DNA of 64,000 nucleotides from Pseudomonadota bacterium (GTDB lineage Bacteria; Pseudomonadota; Alphaproteobacteria; Acetobacterales; Acetobacteraceae): assembly GCA_021818505.1 (NCBI GenBank), contig JAKADX010000001.1, forward strand, positions 111,432-175,431. The letters are read 5' to 3'. Made by a program: the position numbers and the translations under genes. The notes under the pieces were generated by a model. The model was not told where the DNA came from. It did not search any database and saw only the letters and a program-made list of their open reading frames with translations. Every line of letters starts with the position of its first letter. Positions within the stretch are counted from its first letter, which is position 1. This document shows, one piece after another, positions 1 through 7,685 of this stretch.

Positions 1-784
1 TGACGTGGTCGGAGAACACCAGATACGGCTCGCCGGTCTCGATGCGCGCGGTCAGGATGCGAATCCACAAGGACCGGGCGGAGATTTTCCGCACCACGCT
101 GTCGTCCTTGGGCGAGATCAGCGCCCAGTCCTCGTCCGCCTCCACCGCGCGCATGAACGCATCGGGCACCAGCACGCCGTGGTGCAGGTTGAGCGCCTTG
201 CGGTTCGGATCGCCGCCAGTGGGGCGGCGGATTTCCACGAATTCCTCGATCTCCGGATGGCTGACCGGCAGATAGACCGCGGCCGAACCGCGCCGCAGGC
301 TGCCCTGGCTGATCGCGAGCGTCAGGCTGTCCATCACGCGGATGAACGGAATTACGCCGGAGGTCTTGCCGTTCTGCCCGACCTTCTCGCCGATCGAGCG
401 CAGGTTGCCCCAGTAGCTGCCGATGCCCCCGCCCTTGGAGGCGAGCCAGACATTCTCGTTCCACAGCCCGACGATCCCCTCCAGACTGTCGGACGCCTCG
501 TTCAGAAAGCAGGAGATCGGCAGGCCGCGCTGCGTGCCGCCGTTGGACAGCACTGGGGTCGCCGGCATGAACCAAAGCCGGCTGATGTAGTCATAGATGC
601 GCTGGGCGTGCGCGGCGTCGTCGCCGTAATAGCTCGCCACGCGCGCGAAAAGGTCCTGGAACGACTCGCCCGGCAGCAGGTAGCGATCGCCGAGCGTGGC
701 GCGGCCGAAATCGGTCAGCAGCGCGTCGCGCGACCGATCGACCCGGACCTGATGGCGACCCTGCAACTGAACGGCGTCGAGCAC
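1..784 (-). CDS. nrdA: Ribonucleoside-diphosphate reductase large (alpha) subunit, class I; only the N-terminal ~261 codons, gene continues past the window start
   Basis: Absent from the ORF track because it has no stop in the window. My reverse-strand translation from GTG (782-784) reads VLDAVQLQ...FMPATPVLSNGGTQRGLPISCFLNEASDSLEGIVGLWNENVWLASKGGGIGSYWGNLRSIGE...HPEIEEFVEIRRPTGGDPNRKALNLHHGVLVPDAFM. These are typical class I R1 motifs. The +strand ORF 5..790 is its shadow. Confidence 0.85.
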   Translation of the reverse strand, partial: MLDAVQLQGRHQVRVDRSRDALLTDFGRATLGDRYLLPGESFQDLFARVASYYGDDAAHAQRIYDYISRLWFMPATPVLSNGGTQRGLPISCFLNEASDSLEGIVGLWNENVWLASKGGGIGSYWGNLRSIGEKVGQNGKTSGVIPFIRVMDSLTLAISQGSLRRGSAAVYLPVSHPEIEEFVEIRRPTGGDPNRKALNLHHGVLVPDAFMRAVEADEDWALISPKDDSVVRKISARSLWIRILTARIETGEPYLVFSDHV

Positions 785-853
785 GGTTGAACTCCCAGGT
801 GATTCGGCCTTGCCCCATTCCGGCCCAAGGGCTTGGCGGCGTCAATTGAAAAG

Positions 854-901
854 TCACTAGATGTGGCGGTCACGCTGCACTGGAGACACAATATGAGGGT
901 T
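854..901 (-). promoter_or_regulatory. Candidate tandem NrdR boxes upstream of nrdA
   Basis: Two 16-mers, 854-869 (tcactagatgtggcgg) and 886-901 (acacaatatgagggtt), match the NrdR-box consensus acaCwAtATaTwGtgt at about 10/16 and 11/16 positions. They are offset by 32 bp (three helical turns), as known tandem NrdR boxes are. They lie 70-115 bp upstream of the nrdA GTG. A TTGACG -35-like hexamer follows on the minus strand. Confidence 0.4.
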
Positions 902-994
902 TCGCGCCTCCTCTCAATGCCGGAGTGACCTGAACAATACAGGAACATCGACAACGGCGCGACTCACGATTGCGCCGCGACGGCGCGCGCCGGT

Positions 995-1618
995 TCAGCC
1001 GCGCAGTGCCGCGACCAGCGCCGCCGCCTTCGCGCCCGCCTGCGCCGGCGTGTCGCCGGGGCGGTAGATCGACGAGCCGATGCCGAACCCGGCGGCGCCG
1101 GCCTCCAGCCACGGCCGCATCGTGCCGGCCTCGATCCCGCCCACCGGCAGCACCGCCGTCCCCGCCGGCAGCACCGCGCGCAGCGCCCGCAGCGCCGCCG
1201 GCCGCGAGGCTTCGGCCGGGAACAGCTTGAGCGCATCGGCGCCGGCATCGAGCATGGCGAACGCCTCGGTCGGCGTGAACATGCCCGGACAGGCGACCAT
1301 GCCGCGCCGCTTCGCCGCCCGCACCACTTCGGCCGCGGCGTGCGGCGTCACGATCAGCCGTCCGCCGGCCTCGGCGACCGCCGCGACCTCCGCCTCGCGC
1401 ATTACGGTTCCCGCGCCGATCAGCAGCCGTTCGCCGAATCGGGCGGACAGGCGCGCGATGCTGGCAAGCGGGTCGGGCGAGTTCAGCGGCACCTCGACGA
1501 TGGCGATGCCGTGCTCCGCCAGCGCCTCGGTCACTGCCTCCGCCTCCTCCGGGCGCACGCCGCGCAGGATGGCGATCAGCGGGCAGCGCGCGAGCCCGTC
1601 GCGGAGCGTCAATGCCAT
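995..1618 (-). CDS. dgoA: 2-dehydro-3-deoxy-6-phosphogalactonate (KDPGal) aldolase
   Basis: 207 aa. CPLIAILRGVRPEEA...IVEVPLNSP...LIGAGTV...IVTP...PGMFTPTEAF...GADALKLFPA...LPVGGI aligns along the whole length with my memory of E. coli DgoA. Confidence 0.85.
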   Translation of the reverse strand: MALTLRDGLARCPLIAILRGVRPEEAEAVTEALAEHGIAIVEVPLNSPDPLASIARLSARFGERLLIGAGTVMREAEVAAVAEAGGRLIVTPHAAAEVVRAAKRRGMVACPGMFTPTEAFAMLDAGADALKLFPAEASRPAALRALRAVLPAGTAVLPVGGIEAGTMRPWLEAGAAGFGIGSSIYRPGDTPAQAGAKAAALVAALRG

Positions 1619-2490
1619 GCCGCATCCCTCCCCAGCCGCGCCAGCCCGCGTGCCGCCGCGTCGTCGCCATGCACCACGGACCGCGCGCCACAGGCGGCGA
1701 CGGCACGAGTGTACAGGTCACACAGCGCGGCGGCGCCGATCAGATGCACGGTGGCGCCGCCGGCCGGCAGGGCGGCCCGCACCTCATGGCCAATCAGCAG
1801 TCCCGACAGGTACGACGCGCCCTGTGTCTCATCCAGTGCCCCGAACAGGCCGAGCGTGCGCACGCCGAACAGATGGTGCAGCAGATGCCCCGGCTCCGCG
1901 GCGCGCGCCACGCCACGATCGAAGGCGGCGAGGTCGATCGGCGCGTCGCGCATCAACCGTCCGAGGATGGTGTGGCCGCGCAGGGCCGCGAACGCCTCGC
2001 CGCTGAGATAGGTGGCGAAGCGCACGATGCGCGCATCCGCCACCTCCGCCCATTTGCTGTGGCTGCCCGGCAGGCAGGCGAGCGCCGGGCCGTCCATCTC
2101 CTCCAGCACGCCGATGATCTGCGTCTCCTCCCCGCGCATCACCTCCGGCGTGCCGCCGGCATCGGTGCAGGTCAGGCCCGGCACCACGCGCAGGTCCGCG
2201 CCCTCGCACGGCACAACCGCGAGTTGCGCCACGATCTCGGCGACGCCGGCCGGGCAGGCGACGTACGGCGCTTCCAGCCAGCCCTGACGGCTGCCGATCA
2301 TGCCGGACATCAGCACCTGGCGCTCGCCGTCGGCGATCCAGTCGCCGACCTGGCGCAGCAGTTCTTCCTCGAACCGCCCGCCCTCCACGGCCAGGATCCC
2401 GCGCGGCGCGGCGCGGCGGTCGCTGATGGCGCCGTCGGCGTCGAGGCGGAACGCCCGGAAACTGCTGGTCCCCCAGTCGATGCCGATCAT
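1609..2490 (-). CDS. dgoK: 2-dehydro-3-deoxygalactonokinase
   Basis: 293 aa with N-terminal MIGIDWGTSSFRAF (DgoK-type IDWG[ST]). Overlaps dgoA by 10 nt in classic dgoK-dgoA order. Confidence 0.8.
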   Translation of the reverse strand: MIGIDWGTSSFRAFRLDADGAISDRRAAPRGILAVEGGRFEEELLRQVGDWIADGERQVLMSGMIGSRQGWLEAPYVACPAGVAEIVAQLAVVPCEGADLRVVPGLTCTDAGGTPEVMRGEETQIIGVLEEMDGPALACLPGSHSKWAEVADARIVRFATYLSGEAFAALRGHTILGRLMRDAPIDLAAFDRGVARAAEPGHLLHHLFGVRTLGLFGALDETQGASYLSGLLIGHEVRAALPAGGATVHLIGAAALCDLYTRAVAACGARSVVHGDDAAARGLARLGRDAAWH

Positions 2491-2550
2491 CGCGCCGCCT
2501 CTCGCCGGTTGCGCGGGCCACGGTAGGCCGCCGCGACCGCAGCGTCATCC

Positions 2551-2578
2551 TGACATTGCTATATCGTTACGAAATTCC
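2551..2578 (-). promoter_or_regulatory. AT-rich patch in the dgoK upstream region (possible promoter/operator)
   Basis: tgacattgctatatcgttacgaaattcc is the only AT-rich stretch in the 129-bp gap between the transglutaminase-like gene and dgoK. No clear consensus hexamers. Confidence 0.25.
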
Positions 2579-2619
2579 AGCCCCGCCTGCCTGCCACGAA
2601 CGGGCTCGCCTCATCGGCG

Positions 2620-3477
2620 CTACAGCGCCTCCAACTCCACCTCTGCGGCAACATCGTGCGCACCGCCGCCCAGGATGACACCGCGCAGCGGCGACACATC
2701 GCCGAAGTCGCGGCCCCAGCCGAGCACCACGTGCTCCTCGGCCACCACCAGGTCGTTGGTGGGATCGAGATCGACCCAGCCCAGCCCCGGCCCGAGCCAC
2801 GCGCCGACCCAGGCATGCGACTGGTCGGCGCCGCGCCGCGCCGCCTCGCCGGGCGGCGGTCGGGTGCGCACGTAGCCCGAGACGTACCGCGCGGGCAGAC
2901 CGAGCGCGCGCAGCCCGGCGATCATCAGATGCGCGAAGTCCTGGCAGACGCCGGCACGCTGCGCCAGCACGCGCGCCACCGGCGTCGCGACCGTCGTGGC
3001 CCCGGGGCGGAACGCGAAGTCGCGCCGGATGCGCGCGGTCAGGTCGAGCAGCCCGGCCAGCACCGGCCGCCCGGCCGGAAAACTCGCCGCCGCATAGGCG
3101 CCGGCCGCCGGCTCGTCGGACACCAGCGGGCTGGCGAAGGCGAACTCGGCCGCCTCGCCCGTCATGCCGTCAGCGGCCACCTGCTCCCACCGCAGGGTCC
3201 GCGCGGCCAGCGGGGGCGCGGGGAAGGCGACCGCGACCTCGGCCGCCAGCGTCACCGCGAAGCGGTCGTGCGGCGCGTCGAGGAACAGCCAGCCGGCCGT
3301 GTTGCCGAAATGATCGGGTCGCGTGACCGTCCGCGCCGGCTCCGGCGTGGCGGTGAGCGTCGCGGCCAGCACCGCCTGCTGCGGCAGCACCCGCGGCGTC
3401 AGGTGCAGCAGGTGCGCGGCGAGATCGACCGGCTCTGCATAGCGGTAGCGCGTGACGTGGCGCAGGCGGTATCTCAC
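2620..3477 (-). CDS. Transglutaminase-like cysteine peptidase family protein (Bact_transglu_N + transglutaminase core)
   Basis: Real start is taken as GTG 3475-3477 (VRYRLRHVTRYRYAEPV..., the typical N-terminus of this family). Cys/His/Asp core: GVCQDFAHL, SHAWVGAW, WVDLDPTN. The start overlaps the upstream stop by 4 nt (GTGA). The 651-aa track ORF 2620..4575 is an artefactual 5' extension. Confidence 0.8.
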   Translation of the reverse strand: MRYRLRHVTRYRYAEPVDLAAHLLHLTPRVLPQQAVLAATLTATPEPARTVTRPDHFGNTAGWLFLDAPHDRFAVTLAAEVAVAFPAPPLAARTLRWEQVAADGMTGEAAEFAFASPLVSDEPAAGAYAAASFPAGRPVLAGLLDLTARIRRDFAFRPGATTVATPVARVLAQRAGVCQDFAHLMIAGLRALGLPARYVSGYVRTRPPPGEAARRGADQSHAWVGAWLGPGLGWVDLDPTNDLVVAEEHVVLGWGRDFGDVSPLRGVILGGGAHDVAAEVELEAL

Positions 3478-5873
3478 GCCTCCTCCCCGCCCCAGCCGAA
3501 CGATTGCGCCGCCGGCAGCAGTGCGAAGTAGCGCCGGGTGATCCGGTCCGACAGCCCGGCCAGCGCCGCGCCGATCGCGCGCAGCCGCGCCGGTACGGCG
3601 GCGGCGGCAACGGCCTGATCCGGTGCCGCGAGCACATCGGCCACCAGCGCCTCGGCCTCCGCCAACAGTCCGGCGGCAACCGAGGCCAGCCGCTCCCCGG
3701 AGTCGTCCGTGCCCGCCAGATCGTCGAGCAGCGCGTGCATCGCGGCGAGCTGGAACGCGAGGCCGCGCGGATTGCCCTGATCGGCCAGCACCAGGTCCAG
3801 CACCGTCGCCGGCTGTATCACCGAGAGGTAGCGGCTGCGGTAGGTGATGGCGGAATCGCACAGTTCCAGAATCAGCCGCAACCCGCTTTCGATGCGCGCC
3901 GGCGGTTGATCGAGGGCGGCGACGATCTCGGCGGCGACCGCCTGCGACCGCTCGATACGCCGGCCGAGTTCGAGGAACATCCAGCCGCCGCCGCGCACCA
4001 TGTTCTCCGTCGCCATGCCGGCGACCGCCGCGGCGTATCGCTGCACCGCCGCCAGCCCGTGCGCTAGCGCGTCCAGGCTGCGGCGCGAGTCCGCCGTTTC
4101 CTCGCGCGCCGCCCGCAGCGCGGCGGTGAAGGTGGCGTACATGTCGCCGGTCAGGCGGTCGCGCACGCTCTCGGTCAGGCGCGCCACCTGATCGAACAGG
4201 CGGGTGATGGCGCCGGCGTCGCGCCCCTCCCGCACCGTGCCGAGCAGCGCCTGCGCCAGCGCCGCCTGGCTGCCGCCGGCTGCGGCTTCGGCCGCGATCA
4301 GGCCGGCATCCGCGAGGCAGCGCAGCACGCAGCCGAGTTCGGCCACCTCCCGCGGCAGCAGTGCGCCGCCGCGCGCCGCCCGGCCGATCGCCGCCCGCAC
4401 CAGCCGCGCGCCGCGATCCAACCGCTCGACGCTGCGGCCGAGCCAGAACAGGTTGTCGGCAACCCGGCTGGGCAGTTCGCCGGCATCGCGACGCGGCGCC
4501 AGCGGCGCCACCGCGCGCTGCGGCGGGCCGACGATATCGGTGCGGTCCTCCGTCATCACCCACACGTCCTTGCACACGCCGCCCGCGGGGAGCCGTTCCT
4601 CCAGCGTCGCGGCGTCATCGAGCAGGCGCGCCAGCCCGCCGGGCATCGCGTGCCAGCGCGTCCCGTCATGCACCAGGAATAGGCGCAGCACCACCGGGCG
4701 CGGCACCATACCCTGCGGCCCGTGACTTGGCGCCAGCGACGGCGCGGCGATCTGCCGCGCCGCCAGTGCCCACGGCGGCGCCCCCGCATCGGCGGCCGCC
4801 GGCGCCAGCGCGGAGACGACCCGCCACTGCTCCGGCGCCGCCGCCAGCCGTGCCCGCGCCGCCGCCTCGCCGAGCCACAGCACGGGCACCTGTGGCAGCG
4901 CGAGCGGCGCGGCGAGCAGCCGTTCGGCCAGCGCCGGCATAAAGGCGGCTATGCCCGGCGCCTCGGCAAGCCCCGTGCCGGGATGGTTGACGATGCTCAC
5001 CACGCCGGCCCGCGCCGCGTCCAGCACTCCAGGGATGCCGGCAACGGCACTTCCATCCAGTTCCAGAGGGTCGAGCAGGCGCCCATCCATGCCGCGCAGC
5101 AGCACATCGACCGGCCGCAGCCCGCGCAGCGTCTTGACGAACAGCGCCCCGCCGCGCGCCGTCAGATCGCCCGGCTCGACCAGCGCGCAGCCGAGGTCGC
5201 GCGAGAGCAGCATGTGCTCGAACCAGTGCGGGTGCCCGACGCCGGGCGTCAGCAGCGCCACGGCTGCCGCGCCGCGCCCGCCGGGCGCCAGCCGTTGCAG
5301 GCTGTCCTGCCACAACTCGAAGAACGGCCGGAGCTGGCGCACCTGCACCGGTCGGAACGGCTCGGGCAGCACACGGGCGAGCAGGCGGCGCGTCGCGCGC
5401 GCGATGCCAAGGCCGGAGGGGGCGGCAGTACGGTCCGCCAGCACCATCCAGCCACCCGCCGGCCCGCGCACCAGATCGGCGGCATACAGCATCAGCCGCC
5501 CGGCCGGGGCGAGGTCGCGGCAGGGGCGCAGAAAGCCGGGGTTGGCATACACCAACGCCGGAGGCAGCGCCCGGTCGGCGAGCAGACGCTGCGGCCCGTA
5601 GAGGTCGGCCAGCACCGCCTCAATCAGCCCGGCGCGCTGGATCAGGCCGGACTCGAGGGCGGCGAACTCGGCCGCCGGCAACGGGAGCGGCAGCGGGTCG
5701 GGACGCCAGGCACGGTCGATGCCGTCGCTGCCCGGCAGCACCGAGGCGATGCCGTCCTCGGCCGCCGCCTGAGCAAGGCGGGCGGCGCGCGCCGGAAGGT
5801 CATCGGCCAGAGCAGCATAGGCGCCGAGCACGGCCCGCCAGTGCGGCCGCAGCCGCCCGCCGCCATCCACCAT
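3474..5873 (-). CDS. Fused circularly permuted type-2 ATP-grasp (DUF404/DUF407-like) and alpha-E (DUF403-like) protein
   Basis: 799 aa. The N-terminal ~470 aa (RPHWRAVL...DPLPLPLPAAEFAALESGLIQRAGLIEAVLADLYG...ANPGFLRPC...) looks like the CP-ATP-grasp family. The C-terminal ~310 aa (SRVADNLFWLGRSVERLDRGARLVRA...GGWMFLELGRRIERSQ...ITYRSRY) looks like the alpha-E domain family. Confidence 0.75.
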   Translation of the reverse strand: MVDGGGRLRPHWRAVLGAYAALADDLPARAARLAQAAAEDGIASVLPGSDGIDRAWRPDPLPLPLPAAEFAALESGLIQRAGLIEAVLADLYGPQRLLADRALPPALVYANPGFLRPCRDLAPAGRLMLYAADLVRGPAGGWMVLADRTAAPSGLGIARATRRLLARVLPEPFRPVQVRQLRPFFELWQDSLQRLAPGGRGAAAVALLTPGVGHPHWFEHMLLSRDLGCALVEPGDLTARGGALFVKTLRGLRPVDVLLRGMDGRLLDPLELDGSAVAGIPGVLDAARAGVVSIVNHPGTGLAEAPGIAAFMPALAERLLAAPLALPQVPVLWLGEAAARARLAAAPEQWRVVSALAPAAADAGAPPWALAARQIAAPSLAPSHGPQGMVPRPVVLRLFLVHDGTRWHAMPGGLARLLDDAATLEERLPAGGVCKDVWVMTEDRTDIVGPPQRAVAPLAPRRDAGELPSRVADNLFWLGRSVERLDRGARLVRAAIGRAARGGALLPREVAELGCVLRCLADAGLIAAEAAAGGSQAALAQALLGTVREGRDAGAITRLFDQVARLTESVRDRLTGDMYATFTAALRAAREETADSRRSLDALAHGLAAVQRYAAAVAGMATENMVRGGGWMFLELGRRIERSQAVAAEIVAALDQPPARIESGLRLILELCDSAITYRSRYLSVIQPATVLDLVLADQGNPRGLAFQLAAMHALLDDLAGTDDSGERLASVAAGLLAEAEALVADVLAAPDQAVAAAAVPARLRAIGAALAGLSDRITRRYFALLPAAQSFGWGGEEA

Positions 5874-5896
5874 CTCATCGACGCCGGTCAGGACGC

Positions 5897-7645
5897 TCAG
5901 GGCGGCCCGTCCGCATCGGCAGGGGCGGCCTGAACCGGCGCCGTTGCCCAGTAGCAGCCCATCGGCGCGATCTCGAACGCCACATGCCTGGCCGCCTCGG
6001 GCATTGCCAGCACACCCTCCCCGTCGCTCCAGCGCAGGCCCTGCTCGGCGCCGTGCCAGCCACGCAGGAAGCCGGGGCTGTCCAGTGCCGCTTCCCGCCA
6101 GTCCAGCCAGAGCCGCGTCAGCGCGATGCCGAGGCGGCGCGAATCGGTGGATTGCGGATGCATCTGCGTCGGCACCCAGCTTCGCGACCGCAGGCAGAGC
6201 GTGTCCGCGCCGGGCGGTACATCAACGATCCCGAACGCCCCGCTGCGCCGCAGCGAGATCGAGCGGCCCGCCGCCGTCACCTCCAGCGCGGGATCAGCCG
6301 TGACGCGGTGGCCGAGCGCGACGGCACGCCGCAGCAGCCGGGCGCGCGCCCGTGCCAGCTTCGGCCCGGCGAGCACCAGCGGCGCACAGGCACGCCGCGC
6401 CCAAATGCGCCTTGCCACCTCCGGCCGCGGCGGTGTCGCCTGCCCGCCCGCGAAGGCACGACGGTTGCCGGTGTCCAGATAGCTTTCCGCCGCCAGCCCC
6501 TCGACCAGCAACACGTCGTGGCGTTCCAGCTCGACATGGCAATAGGTGATGCGCGCCACGGCCTCCTGCACGATGGTGCGGCCGTTGACCAGGTAGCGCA
6601 CCGGAATCAGCACACCGTCCAGATAGAGCGCGTGGTCCGGCGACAACAGCAGATCGCGCGCCGGCTGTCCGGGCGCCACTGCATTGCGGCGGACGCGGAC
6701 CGGCATCACGTCCGCCGGCCGTCGGTGCCGCGCCGTCGCGACGTTGCGCTGCCCTACCCAGATGATCCGCCTTGCCGCACCGGACGCGGTGATCGCGCGA
6801 TCCTCGCCAGCACGCAGCGCCTCGACCGGCACGTCACCGCGCGAGGTGCGAATGCGCGTGCCGGCGGCGAAACAGGCGACATCGAAGCCGATCGCATCCA
6901 TCAGCGTCACGTCGGTCGGCGACAGCACGAGGTCGGTGCCGAGCGCGCCACTCAGGTCGAAAGCGTCGGCCGGCACACTGGACGTCCAGTCGGCCCAGTC
7001 CAGCGTGTCATCGAAGGTGCCCAGGCTGGTGTGCCCGCCGTCGATCGAGAAATACGCGGGCTGGTACGATGAGAGGTCGATCTGGCCGGGTGCGGCGTAC
7101 TGGAACAGGTCGAGCACGGTGAGGTTGCCCCAGTTCGGCTGCAACCCGGAGACCCGGCCCAGCGCGTGCGTCAGTTCGTGCAGCGCCACGCCGACGAAGT
7201 CCCACTCCCCCGGCACCGCCAGATTGGTGGTACTGAAGTCGTAGCCGGCGTAGTCGCTGAAGCCGACCTGTCCGTCGAGACCGCTGGCATTCGCCGGCAG
7301 CATCCCCCACGCTTTCTCCTGCGCCGAGCTGACGAAAAAGCCGGCGCCGCCCGACGGATCGTAGGTCGGCGCGTTGGCGATCGCCTCCTGCGCGGCAGCC
7401 AAATCGGCATGGGTGCGCAGATCGGCGAGCAGCGTCGTATAGGGCACGACCGTTCCGTTGGCGGGACCGCCTTCGGCGCCCGAGGAGATCGGCGTGCCGC
7501 CGATTTCGCCCCAGCCGACCGAAATATTCACGGTGATCGGGTCGGTGATCAGATGGTCGAGAATCTGCGCCGCGTAGGTCAGCGCCACCGTAAAGCCGGA
7601 CGGCGCGACGCTGACGCTCGGGTCATAGACGAGATTGATGTCCAT
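5897..7645 (-). CDS. Zincin-like (HExxH) domain / Hint (bacterial intein-like) domain protein with a C-terminal module of unknown function
   Basis: 582 aa with no signal peptide. HELTHALG sits at about aa 157. The Hint N-terminal nucleophile context is FDVACFAAGTRIRTSRGDVPVEAL, with later Hint blocks LLLSPDHALYLDG and DVLLVEGLAAESYLD. It lies 23 bp upstream of the ATP-grasp gene. Confidence 0.75.
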   Translation of the reverse strand: MDINLVYDPSVSVAPSGFTVALTYAAQILDHLITDPITVNISVGWGEIGGTPISSGAEGGPANGTVVPYTTLLADLRTHADLAAAQEAIANAPTYDPSGGAGFFVSSAQEKAWGMLPANASGLDGQVGFSDYAGYDFSTTNLAVPGEWDFVGVALHELTHALGRVSGLQPNWGNLTVLDLFQYAAPGQIDLSSYQPAYFSIDGGHTSLGTFDDTLDWADWTSSVPADAFDLSGALGTDLVLSPTDVTLMDAIGFDVACFAAGTRIRTSRGDVPVEALRAGEDRAITASGAARRIIWVGQRNVATARHRRPADVMPVRVRRNAVAPGQPARDLLLSPDHALYLDGVLIPVRYLVNGRTIVQEAVARITYCHVELERHDVLLVEGLAAESYLDTGNRRAFAGGQATPPRPEVARRIWARRACAPLVLAGPKLARARARLLRRAVALGHRVTADPALEVTAAGRSISLRRSGAFGIVDVPPGADTLCLRSRSWVPTQMHPQSTDSRRLGIALTRLWLDWREAALDSPGFLRGWHGAEQGLRWSDGEGVLAMPEAARHVAFEIAPMGCYWATAPVQAAPADADGPP

Positions 7646-7685
7646 GCTGTCCGGTCCTGCGGCGTCGGGTTCCCGGCCCGCGCGA

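Noticed and set aside
5-790. 261-aa plus-strand ORF at the window start
   Set aside because: It is the antisense shadow of nrdA. The minus-strand translation gives unmistakable class I RNR motifs, while the plus-strand product is Arg/Ala/Gly-rich with no motif.
785-994. Cobalamin riboswitch in the nrdA leader
   Set aside because: I found no B12-box-like sequence (AGYCMGGAGACCKGCC type) or GCCACTG element on the minus strand. The leader is better explained by NrdR-like boxes.
2620-4575. 651-aa ORF suggesting a very large transglutaminase-like protein
   Set aside because: The N-terminal ~365 codons are Arg/Gly/Ala/Pro junk and completely overlap the well-supported ATP-grasp/alpha-E frame. The family-typical start VRYRLRHVTRYRY at GTG 3477 gives a normal 285-aa protein.
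6400-6900. Canonical self-splicing intein inside a host gene
   Set aside because: The Hint domain lacks the C-terminal His-Asn plus Cys/Ser/Thr junction and any homing-endonuclease insert. The flanks do not form a recognisable split host protein. A bacterial intein-like (non-splicing) Hint domain fits better.
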